Shown here: piece after piece, positions 48,584-62,222 of the stretch | Numbering within the stretch: the first letter of the stretch is position 1 | Layout: the number at the start of each line of letters is the position of its first letter | DNA from: Acanthaster planci | Lineage: Eukaryota | Length of the DNA stretch: 64,000 bases | Reading direction: 5' to 3' | Assembly: GCF_001949145.1 (NCBI RefSeq) | Contig: NW_019091358.1 | Coordinates: 2,660,535 to 2,724,534 of the forward strand | Notes under the pieces: model-generated | What the model was told of the DNA's origin: nothing | Database searches by the model: none | The model's input: only the letters and a program-made list of their open reading frames with translations | Position numbers and translations under genes: made by a program

Positions 48584-50010
48584 AAAGTTTACGCAGTTAA
48601 AACTTTAAATGGTGTTACCATTTTCAGTTGTCATGTTACTGTTTGAAAGGCAGGTTTCGGACTGTTGCAGTTTTTTAATCTAATTTTACATATTTGTCAG
48701 AATTCAGAAAACCACTGATGTTATCATTAAGGCAGAAAAAAAGCACTCAAAGATACTCGTCTCTAATACTTCTGTCCTAAAAAATTGATTTTTACAAAAT
48801 GGTGATGATGGGAAGTCTGAAATTTTATAAATAATCTTCATCTGTGTAGGCCTAGTTGCCCGTTTTCTATCTTTGCTCTCCAGCTTTGATCACACCTATC
48901 CAGTTTCATACTTGGCAGTACAGTCACACGATACCAAGGTACCGGGTACATTTGTGCTTTTCAACTGGTAGAAATTTTCCTCTATTTACTGGTATGTGTG
49001 TGGGCCTTAAGATACGAGTACATTTTCTTTCCAAGCAATAATTCTGATCCTTTTCACACTGGAGCATGTTTTCTGCTATGAAGTGGCCAGCTCTCCAGCT
49101 GTAGAAAGTGTTAAGCGTGGAAAATTTAATAGCACATGCACCGTACTTAGTCAGCACTCTATCTCTTGCGTTCACTTTTAGCCGTAAAAGCTGACAGCTT
49201 GGTTTTTGTAGAGGAATATAGCAAACACTTGGCGGTCCCAATACGTGATGTACATAAATCTTTATTACTTTCCATGTATAAACGTAGATATTGAAGAACA
49301 AGACATAAAAATGTGTGCAAGTGGTTAATGTACACTGTATGTTAGTACTGTACATGTCCATATATATACTTGCGACATTTTATACTTATTAAGCAGTCGT
49401 CTGTTTCATACTTGTACATGTATTGTATATGTACATTATACCTTGTTCTAAAGTCTTCCTACCGTAGCATACATTGTACACATACACACTGTATATGTAC
49501 GTTTCACTCATTCCCTTCATCACGTGCACAATGTACATGTACATGTATAATTGACATTTTTATGAAATGCATCCATATACATGTATGTGAGGCAGTTCAG
49601 TGTGCAGTACTTTGTTGTACAAGGAACCTTGGGTACCTGTAATGAATTTTCATTCTAATTTCTATCCACATGTTGTACAGGTCTTTATATAAACTACATT
49701 ATAATACATGTACAGGTTCACAAATTTTAAAAGACAAATTTGGAGACGATCATTGTGAGTACATGAACCTGCATTCCCAGACCACATCCCTTGATTGATC
49801 TCCCAACTGTCGTTTGGCAACAACAAAAGTTCATCGGTTTCCAGTCCAAACTGAAAACTTACACGTACATGTAATTTCAAAAGACTCTTAAGCTCTGACC
49901 TACTAGTAGATTTTCTGAGGTTTTTAGAAATTTTAGAGAAATTTGTTAATTTTCATTCACATGTTCACTTCTCTATTCCTTTTTTTCCTATGCTGTGTAT
50001 GAAATTAACT

Positions 50011-50124
50011 GTTGATGGGCTTCATTTGATGTTGATGGGCTTTATTTGATGTTGATGGGCTTTATTTGATGTTGATGGGCTTTATTTGATGTTGATGGGC
50101 TTTATTTGATGTTGATGGGCTTTA
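50011..50124. repeat. 20-bp tandem repeat, ~5.7 copies
   Basis: (GTTGATGGGCTTTATTTGAT)n. Confidence 0.95.
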
Positions 50125-52259
50125 CACATTTTATTTTATAGCCATCGTATTGTGTTGGAACGGTTCTTAATCTGATAATTTCACACTGATGTATTGCAGC
50201 TTTATTTGTTTTAAGTGGATTTTAGGTACCAGTAATATAATCAAAGTATCATGATTCTTGATTAACGACACATTTGTTCTTGGAAAATGCATGGTGGAGA
50301 TACTGTTGAAATATCTTACTTCAGTATTACACTGTATTCAGTTATTAACGCATAGGTTGGTATCTGCACAGTGTTACTGCAGGTACAGGTACTCTGCTGC
50401 CCATCTCACTGTATCATAGAACCTCTAACAACTCTGTCCCTGAAAGCAGCGTCAAACCTTTCATCAAAGTAACAGTTCGCAATCCCCATCTCAGCAGTAA
50501 AAAAAAAAAATCTCCCTCCCATCCCAGGATACTCGTTGGATTAACTACACATCGTGACGTGAGCTGACCCCCTTCAAAGGGTATATATCAGATTTCTCAT
50601 AGTTTCTCTCCTATGGTACGGTTCAAGATGGATTCATCGCCATGGCAACTGGCAGGCAGAAAAGTGCCTTTCATTATTGCTAAGAGTCCCTGGCCAGATT
50701 TTATAAAAAAACGGAGAAATCCTTTGTATTAGAGCTGTGGAGCTTTAATTCCCTGTTCATCCATTTTTTCTCATCTCGGTCCTGATTGCTTTCAGGAGCT
50801 TCTGTACCCTGTGTGGAGATGAGTTATCCACTGAGAGAAATGACTTTGTATTCTGTCTGATAATGTGAAAATTGATGTCGGAGCTTGATGCTCTTTTTCT
50901 TGAAGGCCGTATTCAACCAGGGCTACATGTAACAGCACAAAATTTGTGTTTTGGATGTCATTAAGCTTAATAGAGAACTACAAATAATTGTGAGCTCTCA
51001 GGGTCCGTTGTTGTTGGAGTTTCGATAATTGATATATCTATCAGAAATCCAATGTCGAGTATTTTCAATATGTACAATGTACATGCATCAATTTTTCCTC
51101 ATACACAAATACATTAAACTCTTAAAAACTCCAACTGGACAACTCAAAACTTCGTCCTTTCACACTGGGATGCAGTGTGCAGTCACATCACACATCTGAT
51201 ATTGCCAGATTGCTACCACCTTCCGGTAATTGTAACCTGCGCGCTGACAGTCCAATCTCTGGCTCTTTGCACTGGCCATGTGACGGCATTGGAAACCCTA
51301 CTTTGGATTTTTCCTGACTGCTGTCGGTGGCCCAGCTGCAGGTCATTGTTTGAAGGGTGCAGCACGTACTCGTCCTGATGCTGTAGGAGAGATTTCCGTG
51401 CTTTGAGCTTATTAATGGCAGCTATGGAGAACACGGATGGAAGTGGGTGTTGTGCTTTTGTAATGTTTTTACATGTATGTCCAGGCGCGCACAAGTTACC
51501 GCAACACTGCACTTACAATTTGTAGGCAAAATTAATATAACAATTCAGTCTCAAACTGGATGTTCATTATGTAATGGTCTGACTCGCTTTTAATATTTTC
51601 AGTATATTTTTTTTTATGCGATCAAAAATTTGATTGTATCAGCAGTATTGATTTTAAAGTGATATCAAATACTGGTAATCGTTTAATATTGATTTATCGA
51701 CAGACCCTTTTGGTTATTTGATTCTTTTGGCTTCAGTGGCCTTCATATTTCTCTAATGGTTTTCGTTGCATTCTGCAGGGTTCCTTGCACAAATTGCTTA
51801 CATGTGACTTGAGCACAGTCCTCAGAATGATGTGGTTACCATGTGAGTGGGACTAAATGTTCTGTATACTTCAGTTTCCATCGAGCACGTATTTGCTAGA
51901 TATCAAGAAATGAAAGGGAACCACATTTCAGAAATTTGACCGCAGCACGGATCTACCTCATGTAGTAGGCCTACTTGTTATAACAGGTTCGTAGTAAAAT
52001 GCAGTAAGGCATTAAAATTCCCAAAGGGGAGCATTTGTCTGCGATGTTCTTGTCTGTTTTAGGGGAAATTACATGCAATACACATTTTCAAAGGGAAGGG
52101 ATGTCATTGTTAGACCTTAAGTTACTTCTTGTGAGAAAAATCTGGACATAAATCATTCTGAAAACCACGGCACTTGACTAGCGAAATTATCGAAACAAGT
52201 TTCAGTGAGTGACTCTTTATACCAGTGCATACAGATTGTCCATAAAAGGGAAACCAACT

Positions 52260-52330
52260 TTAACCCTAACCCCCCAAGGGTGTATGTAAAATCATATTGA
52301 AATTGGAGGATTTAGGACTGTTAGGGTTAA
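52260..52330. mobile_element. Miniature TTAA-flanked element (piggyBac-like ends)
   Basis: TTAA|CCCTAAC ... GTTAGGG|TTAA with a 63-bp core; paralog at 11145; partial ends near 33269 and 46743; interior fragment near 53930. Confidence 0.72.
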
Positions 52331-55257
52331 TGAAATCACCAATTGTTAAAAAATGGGCAAACCTTTGTCACATGTTGATTGAGTTAAGACAATGTGTTTT
52401 GGGCTTTACATATACCGGTACCCGGTATGTGTAGGGTGTGAAATTAGGAAAATAGAACAAAATTATGGTATGTACAGTATTGTGTGCTCAGTGAAAAGGT
52501 AAACACTTCATGTACAGGTTTTCTGCCTTATTTCGCTGTTTCCGATGTTAGATTTTTTTAAATGACTGTTTTTGTAACATTTATTTCTGGTTTCATTGCA
52601 ATTTTGTAACTAACTGAAAAACATAGAATTGTCTGGGTGAAATACCATACCCTGTACATGTATGTGTAACCAGCCATGAGCATGATAGTAAATGGCTCTA
52701 CCTGTGGCCATTGGTATTGCTGACTAAGCGGTATTCACTGTACATGTACATATACATTCAGCTGGTCAATTTCAACTTCAAGGGCTTTTGCAGATGTCTA
52801 GGCCGAATACCCTTGAGGCAAAGTGGGAGAAACTGCTCCTGCCGATATTAATTCAGCAATTTGAGATTTGTCCCATTATTGGATCCAAAATGCCAAGCTA
52901 ATTTACATGTACACGGTCTGGTACTGGTAGACCTTATATGCAGTACCTACTGGGTAGCTTAGAAGCAAACAATGTGTGTGACAATTACAAAACATGTTCT
53001 GGTACTGGTAGTGTACATACTGTACATATATGTACATGTATACAGTGTACAGTATACCTAGGTGCCATATATACCCCTAGTGTATGTGCATACATGTGTT
53101 TACTTTATTGCATACTGTACAAGTACACTTGTACGTGTACAGGTGTACATGTACATGCAGTGAAGTTGGGCAATGTACATGTACATGTGTAAGTGTTTCC
53201 ATGCATCACTACCTGTGTACTGGGTACATGCAAAGGATGTACCTGTATACATTGTAAGGTAGACTTTTGCAGTGCTGCTGTACTAGTCCGTGTACAGTTC
53301 TTGTAAATCTACATGTACCGTACCTCTATGTTTATGCAGAATATAATTTCAGTACTGTCCTGTAATAACATTTTGTGGCTTAAAGGTTAGGTTGAACGTG
53401 TGCATAACATGTACACGTGTATACATCTACAGGTGTACCTGCACTGTACCTTATGCATGTACTGTTACATGTACATTATGTAATGTTTAGCCTCCTCTGC
53501 AAACTTAATTTCAAACAAAAGTATTGTCCAGTTCATCCTGCCATTGAGCACAGGGAAATTGGGATTGTGATTCACTGACGTGCATGTGCTGCCATCTTTT
53601 GTGTGCCGGTAGCTGCATGTGCCAAAGGCACTATTCATGCATGTACTGTACATGTACATGCATTTTTGTGCAGCAATTCTGCAGTTTCTTTAACGTGCAG
53701 GTGTAGTAGACTGTAACCTGGATATGTGCAGGTACAATACATAGAGGTATCGCAAGAATATGGCTCCCTATCAGGAACGTGGATGAGGTACGTGTGACCA
53801 TAGAGCTACTGGGTTGTAGCTCTATGGTGTGACACACGCTGTTTGTCTGTTCTCATTTGCTTAATATTGCACTGGTATGAACTCAGCCTGTGATGTGTCA
53901 CAGGTCATTCCCAATGGTCCCCTTTAAAAGATCATATTGAAATTGGAGCATTGAGGACTGTAAGAATCCAAAAAAAGCACACACAAAAAAGCATTCTTTG
54001 GGTTATGGAACAACTCTCTTGGAACAGTGGATCTATAAAGTTGTTAACACAGTGCTTTCTACTGCCATTGGTGTGAGCCTCTGCAGACAACCAGTAATAG
54101 TGATTAGGTTTATAAAAAAAAATCTTTGTTTTTTATGACATTATCTGAAAACATATTTGGTAGGATTTGGGGGGAAGGGCTTTTTTTCTAGTGAGTGTGC
54201 AGCATAACTACATGTAATTAAAATACATGTAACAAGAACAAGAGAGGTTATTTGGCATTTGTTTCAAATGAAATGAAGACTTGAAGGGGTGCTAAAACCT
54301 TTTTTACCACATTCAAACTACATGAACAATGGACCGGTTTGGCTTTCTTTTTGTCATTTTACCGGTACATTATCCCAAAATTCCCCCTGCCCTTCCTTCC
54401 CCCCCCAAAAAAACCCCTTGAGGGTCGCACCGTCAAAATAGGGTACCAGTGTGTTTTCAGTTTTGTCTTTCCAAGGTTTCCGGATTCATCTATTCCACGG
54501 GAGGCAAGTAAGGCTCCTCCATTGATATTGTAAGCATTATGGATGTTGAAACTAGGCAGTTGAGCAAGGTCTTCCTGCCATTGATTAGTGAGGGGGACTT
54601 ACCTGTATTTGTGCACAGATCCCAATCAGAGAGTACAAACATGTAGTTCAAGCAAGAAGTCTTTGGCACACTGTGCAGGGAACTCAACCCTTGCCAATGG
54701 GTATAAATTGTCAGTAATGGTATGCCCACTGCTGACTTTAATTGAGTTACGACCGCCTATCAGGCCGGCCTTAACGATGTTATGCTCAAGAAGAATTAGT
54801 CTGTCAACAAGGGGAGTTGGGTTGAGATGCAGAGCTTATGAAATGCCGAATGGCAGTTGTCTTGGCCATTTTGTCCCAAACTCACTGTCCTTCCTCATCA
54901 CCTGCACAGGTTTGCCAAGTTAGTAGGGCTAAGTCAAATCAAATAATCATCCAAATATTTGACCTTCCATTTGATCTGTGGGTAACATTTGATTAGCAAT
55001 CAAATATTCAGATATTTAGCACAGACCTACCACTAGTTAGACCTGCATCAGACCCTCAGTACACCCAGTGTTGAATATGCAATTTGTAACAATTGATATT
55101 CCAGCTTTTATTGGAATTGGTGATCATTTGATGATCAGTTTAGCTACTCTGCAGTCTACACATATATGTGTGGGAACAACAAGTCACATGCTGTTATTGG
55201 TTTTTAAAGGCACCACTACATCAGTGTTGCTCTGATTCGTTGTCTTGGAAAAATATC

Positions 55258-55748
55258 TAGGGCTGAGTCAATTCAAATAATTCACTATTCGAATATTCGA
55301 CCTTCAATTTGATTGACTATCCGAATTTTCTGTCGTACCGACCGGCAGATCGTTGATGAACAAACCATGTACAAAATCAGTTGCAATAACACACACAACT
55401 GTACATTATGATCAATATATTAGCTTCTCACATCTAGGAATATCTCTAGCCACAATTTGGCAAGATTTAAGAGATGAAGTACATGTACAAGACATATAGC
55501 CCTGTTGAAAATTTCTATTCCCTTTAATGAATAATTTACTTTTAAAATTGTTGTAAAATTTCTGATGCTTTTCATTTGAATCTGCTTGAAACAAACCTCC
55601 ATAGTGCAGTGTTTCTCTTTTAAAACAAAAGAAAATTTTCCCCTATTTTTCATGAATTTACATTCAAATATTCAAATTCGAAAAATAATATTCTAATATT
55701 TGACAATCGATCAAATATTCAGTTATTTGGATATTCAGCACAGCCCTA
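55258..55748. mobile_element. hAT-like non-autonomous element, copy 2 (opposite orientation)
   Basis: AAAATATC|TAGGGCTG ... CAGCCCTA|AAAATATC, perfect 8-bp TSD; reverse-complement homology to 47915-48583. Confidence 0.88.
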
Positions 55749-58272
55749 AAAATATCCTCATCCAAAATAACTTAATTACATTGCTGGTTGAATTACTTTC
55801 GAGGGCTAATTTTTCTTGACATTTAAAAAGTCCCATACCTGAAAAGGGAGGGGAAAATCAGTGGTGTGATTTCACTTCAATAGGCACAAACCATACAGTT
55901 CAGAAGTTTATGTCAGGTATGTAACTTACCAGTATGTACCTAATCACTGAAATAGTTTTGTGATAAAGGTTGCATTGATCGGCTGTTGTGTGTCCCAGCA
56001 CTAATGAAGCACTAAAAACTGAAAATCGACTTTTAAGAGCAATGAGGAAATCCCTTGAAACCCCCAAATCTGATGCTGCTTGCTGTCCCTGGCTATTTTT
56101 GATATGTTTTCCTGAACTAAGAAAAAGGTCAAGGTGACATACCTGCTACTCATAGCCACCACAAAGACTTTCCTTTTGTTTATGCATGAAATATTTTCAA
56201 GCTGATGGATCAATAAATAAACCATCTCCGGTATTAATTTAAAGCCGGATGTTTCTTGTTTTTATTCTGGAGTGCCATGCCTCAGGTGTTGACATGCATG
56301 CCTTGACATCTGCATTCCCCAGGGTACAAGGCTGAACATCATGTCCAAGGGGGATCTGCAATGTGAAGCATAATATAATATTCAAAAGCCGTGACACTGA
56401 CAGTGACCATGTTGATGTTCTTAGATACATACAAGAGCAGTGAACAATATTACTTGCACTTAGTAAGGAGTGGAATGAATATGAACCTCCACATGTAGTA
56501 AGTACATGTACATGTGGACATGTCTCTTGAACAGTTCATGATATTCTCACTGTACTTTTCCCTTTTTTTATTCACATGTACATGTATGCTTTGAGTTGCT
56601 TTATACACACACAGTCGCTTTACATGACGTAACACGAGACTCTGTGTGTGACCTGTGTTTGACCCCAGGCCACTGTGAATGACCTCACTGTAGTCCAGAA
56701 TATTCTAGTTGTCTGGTGCATGTTTTGGAAGTTTCTTGTAAGATTACGTAATGCTTAAAGGTCTATTTTAGAAACTTATGTAATGCTTATCTAATGTTAT
56801 GTATAGCTAGAAGAGCTGTAGACTTTTAAAGATGGGCTTTGGCAGACAAGGACACAGAGAGAGAGACACACCGCTAGAGAGATTTCGGAAGGCAATTCTA
56901 CCGTATGTGTGAGAAATTGTTGACTTCTGCACCATTTCATCCCATGGTGGCAAGTCGTCTGTGGAGTGACATTTATAAGAAAAGTTCATCCAGACCAAGT
57001 GAACTGCAGAGCTAAATTTCGTTCGAGAAGAGAGATTTTGTGAACTGAATCCAGTTCCAGATTGTGGGGATCATCAAGTTCCCATATTTGTGACAGTCAT
57101 CATGCCCTCGCCATTTCGTCTCGAGCCCAGTCTTTCTTATTCGACGTGGTCTTCGTACTCGTTGCAGCTCATTTTTTCACCATGTAAACATAAGGAAGTA
57201 TCCGTGGAGAAATTACAAGTACGGATAGGTACATACCTACCGGTACTTTTTTTCATTAATAAAAAAGGAAAGATGTACATGTATGTTTTTCTTGGTTTTT
57301 TTAATGTATTTTTTTTATATATGCAGGTTTTGCACAATAACTTGAAAACCTGGAAAATCGTGGAATTTTATACCCATCTTGAAAAGTCCTGGAAAATGCT
57401 TAATTTTTAAAAGAAGTCCTGGAAACAACTGGTAATTGCAGTAAAATCAATATTACTTTTAAAATGAGACAAAAATAATCTAAGAAACTGTGGCCAAAAA
57501 TTTACCGTAATGGATCCGTCCCCTCGTACATTGACATTATTGCCCAGCGCAATACAGTTGTACCGGTTCATTATTCACCATGTGTGGTCTACACACTCAA
57601 AACTACAGAAATAACTGTTTTACATGTACATACAAAGTGGGGACATTCCTTTGTTCTCCTGTGGTTAAGGAAACTTGAGGAAAATGCTCCTTTTTCTCTA
57701 ACTAGGATAACTCTTTCGAGCTGGATTTTGGATGATTTCCTTGACTGTTCCTCTTTATTGTGCCACAGATAACTTTGATCCCAAATGCCTTTGAAACTGT
57801 TTTTCACAGAGGGGGAAACATTGTGTGGACGTGTGCGAGTCCACACTACGCCATCGTACTCTACATTATGTGGACTTTTTTGTGCAGAGGTCCACACTAT
57901 ATATGCCACGCCTGCCCACCCGCGCTGCATGCAGCGCTATGACATGTACATGTATGAGTTTGCATGCGTGATGAGTTTGCATGCATGGGACACCAAGAAC
58001 ATCATTACTAAACTTTCTTGTAGTCAAATTTTACCTTCGTTTCTTGTAGCTTCAGGATGAACTGTCTGTTGTGGATATCATTGTGAAATCATTCTCTATT
58101 AAATTTATGTTGTCAGGTTAAAACTTGTCAGGTCTTCCTCGCTGCGCTGCTCGATTTTTATACATTATGTTATAACTTCACAATCTATTGCACATGTATT
58201 GCGTGTCCAACCTGAATTAAGTCCTGGAAAAATCAAAGTTTTGACCTGGAAAATCCGGGAAAAGGCCTGGAA

Positions 58273-59170
58273 NNNNNNNNNNNNNNNNNNNNNNNNNNNN
58301 NNNNNNNNNNNNNNNNNNNNNNNNNNNNNNNNNNNNNNNNNNNNNNNNNNNNNNNNNNNNNNNNNNNNNNNNNNNNNNNNNNNNNNNNNNNNNNNNNNNN
58401 NNNNNNNNNNNNNNNNNNNNNNNNNNNNNNNNNNNNNNNNNNNNNNNNNNNNNNNNNNNNNNNNNNNNNNNNNNNNNNNNNNNNNNNNNNNNNNNNNNNN
58501 NNNNNNNNNNNNNNNNNNNNNNNNNNNNNNNNNNNNNNNNNNNNNNNNNNNNNNNNNNNNNNNNNNNNNNNNNNNNNNNNNNNNNNNNNNNNNNNNNNNN
58601 NNNNNNNNNNNNNNNNNNNNNNNNNNNNNNNNNNNNNNNNNNNNNNNNNNNNNNNNNNNNNNNNNNNNNNNNNNNNNNNNNNNNNNNNNNNNNNNNNNNN
58701 NNNNNNNNNNNNNNNNNNNNNNNNNNNNNNNNNNNNNNNNNNNNNNNNNNNNNNNNNNNNNNNNNNNNNNNNNNNNNNNNNNNNNNNNNNNNNNNNNNNN
58801 NNNNNNNNNNNNNNNNNNNNNNNNNNNNNNNNNNNNNNNNNNNNNNNNNNNNNNNNNNNNNNNNNNNNNNNNNNNNNNNNNNNNNNNNNNNNNNNNNNNN
58901 NNNNNNNNNNNNNNNNNNNNNNNNNNNNNNNNNNNNNNNNNNNNNNNNNNNNNNNNNNNNNNNNNNNNNNNNNNNNNNNNNNNNNNNNNNNNNNNNNNNN
59001 NNNNNNNNNNNNNNNNNNNNNNNNNNNNNNNNNNNNNNNNNNNNNNNNNNNNNNNNNNNNNNNNNNNNNNNNNNNNNNNNNNNNNNNNNNNNNNNNNNNN
59101 NNNNNNNNNNNNNNNNNNNNNNNNNNNNNNNNNNNNNNNNNNNNNNNNNNNNNNNNNNNNNNNNNNNNNN
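58273..59170. other. Assembly gap
   Basis: Run of N. Confidence 1.
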
Positions 59171-62113
59171 GGATGTACGAACTCTGGTTTGGGTTTATGG
59201 GATATTTTTAACTGTTGTTGCAATGCAAGGAAACTTGTGCCGACTATTTGACGCAAGGTCCAAATTGTGGAATTAATCACATATGCTGGAAGAAAGACAA
59301 AAGAAAAATTGGAGCTACATGTAGCAAGTTTCACATAAATTAAATGTATTGAAAATGAAGCTTTACTGGTACCATACTTGAACTCCAGTTACAGCTTTTC
59401 ACCGGATATTGCTTGCCCTAATGTAGCCATACCGGCAGGTGTACCGTAAACTATTAAATAGCGATAATTTGTTTTCTAAATTAAATTCACTCAGAAGAAC
59501 AAAATCTGGCAAAACTTCCCAGTGGCTGCCTTCCCAAAAGAAGAGACATCTTCGCGTGCAATCTGCAGAAATCAGCCCAGGCTCCGTGAATGTTTATTCA
59601 GCACGGATTGCCCCTGGTTTGCTGTTGGGAGGACAGGGGCTCGGTAACTTTGTTAGCTTTGGGACCTGCTGGCTAGAGAAACCGGGCCAAGTAATCGGAG
59701 ATGCCTCACTGGAGTCTCCTTGCCTGGCAAACTGTCTTGCCCATCAGTTCGGTTTCCACACTTTTTTTTTTTTTTTTGGTGACTTGCGTGCCATCTCTAC
59801 TCTCTTCTGCATTTTCTGCATGTCTCTGTTGGAATCCAATTGATTTGCCGAGCCAGTGGGCTTGTACAGTTGTCATGGGGATGTAGTGTTATCGATGGTA
59901 ATGTATCATCGTTGGCAGCTGGGAGGGTGGGGGAAGGCTAGGGGAGTTTGCTCCTCTCTGGTGATGGCAAGCGATAAGTGCCTTTTTTTCTTTTTGGTGA
60001 CAGTTTCCCCCAGGGTTTTTTTCCGCTTCAGATTCTGAACTGGTACACATGAACATGTACATGAAGATCATGGTTAGATTTGCCATTAATTTTCTGTGAC
60101 AGCAGTTTTGACACCTCCCCCGTTCCTGTTGTCTGTTGTGCCCTGTAAAAATTAAGAGTTTGGAGCCAGGAAGAGGAGCTGGATGTCTGGTAAAGAAGGC
60201 GCGATCTACTGTAGGCCTAGTATCATTGTGGAATCACAGGATGTATTGTCTGTTAACGTTTCTGTTGGTACACGTCATTTGAAATATGCATGCCATTGGA
60301 ATAAAAGCACGGAAGTACATGTATATTGGTGAAAATCAGTCACTGGATCATGTATACACGTACATGTAAGATTGTAATTTATTTTAATTTGTTTAAAGTT
60401 GCTTGTTTGCAATGCGTGAAATATAGAATATATATTTACTTTGTTTTAAAGTTTCTTTTTTCATGCTGCATGAGGTGTAGCACTTACCATGGGTTGTACA
60501 TTTGTCTTCATTTCATTTGAAGTACTGAGAGTTCGTTGAACCCACTGGCACAGGTACATGGTGCTCTCTAGGGTATTTTCAGCAGGTTGCTAATTTCAAA
60601 GCAATAGTCAAAAATCCGCCTTGTCATCACCTTGGCTTCCATCTCCCTTATAGAGCCCCCCAACCTGTAGTTAATCTAACGGCGTGATTGCTAGCCAAGT
60701 CCCGTGCTATACCTAACTCCCCCTCCGCATCACGGTGAGCTTGCCAAATCCCCAGCCATCACCCAAAGCCTCTCTACAGTGCATCCAGCTCGTCGCCGTG
60801 GTTTTCATCACCTCCTCGTCTTCTGTGATGGTTCCCTGACATCGTCATCAGCTCTTATCCCTTGGCTGTCATGTCCCTGGCAAATCAATTTTTTTAAAAA
60901 AGGAACTGTGATTAATGGGCGCATGCCTGAAGTTAAAATAAGTGAGTTAAATCATGCTCTCTTTTCCAAAAATAATAGCTTTCTCACAGTTTATGCCTAA
61001 AGGGGCAGCTTTCACGTAATACAAGATAGATTGGTCTGACAGGAGGTTTTTCTCTTAGCTCCATGTGTTTACTGTGATGGGTACCCTGCCTGATAAATTT
61101 GATAGAATCCACAAGATGTATGACTGCTTTACCACAGGCAGTCAGGGTATTTTCTGTTTAACTGGCATGGTTTTTGTGTTGTTAAGAAAGCATGTACCGC
61201 AGCTGCTTGCGTTTGCTTTGTAATGACACAGGGTTACCAGCATTCTGAGAAGAGATTATTGTCACATTCCCTCATTTGAAATGATCCGTTAATTAGCGAA
61301 AATTCATATCGGTACTTGATACATGTACATGTACTGTATGCCTACAGGTAACATGTATGTACAGTACATGTACCGGTACTATGCAACTGTGCACGCGACA
61401 TTTACATGTACTGGAATGTACACATAGGCCTACAAATCTACACCAGTCAGGGAAAATATCTCATCTGTGCTTTCTGCATGTACAGCCAGCAGGTCTTAAG
61501 GAAATATGAATACATGTACATCATGTGACTTGCACATACTGTGCCTATACATGTACATGTGTTATAGTGAATGCAGTTATCCCTGCTGTACATATGCATG
61601 TATCGGTACATGTACATGTACAGTGCTCGTATGTACATGTACACTGTACTTTTATCTCCTACAGTCTTACATGTATTTCCAGTTTTGGAGAGAAGAGCTG
61701 TGTGAGAAGATGGTGTATTGTTTTATTATTTTTCCCCATGATGAGTTCAAAAACTGAAACATGCTCCTGTGAACAAGTCCAATTTTTTTTTTTTTTAATT
61801 TATTTTTACACAGTTGACATACACTGTGCATGTACTTATATAACACATTGTCACTACACAAGAGGAGATGGCCCAGTTCCTTTCTTTGAGCTCTGCACTT
61901 TAACTGTGGCACCTCGTGTTGTCCTAGGGAATGGACAGAGAGCCAGGATTTTTTTTATTTGACAAGCTTGGAGGAGTTCAAGATGACAGTGGAGCCTTTG
62001 CAGTGTGTTTTGTATGGGGGGGATCAGACCACACTACAAGTAGCTTGGAAGCTGATATTGCAGCATCAAGGGTTTCCATCACGTTCCCTTCTCTGTCAGA
62101 CAGGTGAGATTTG

Positions 62114-62222
62114 TCAGGATTTTTTCATCCAGATTTTTCCTGATTTCAGGTTTTTTTTCATGTAGATTTTTCCTGATTTCAGGATTTTTTCGTCAGGACT
62201 TCCCTGATTTCAGGATTTTTCA
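62114..62222. repeat. Short degenerate tandem repeat (~30-33 bp, ~3 copies)
   Basis: Recurrent TTCCTGATTTCAGG(A/T)TTTTT. Confidence 0.7.

Noticed and set aside
58165..59334. Longest ORFs in the track (389 and 350 aa), and those at 15214-15451
   Set aside because: They are runs of X across assembly gaps.
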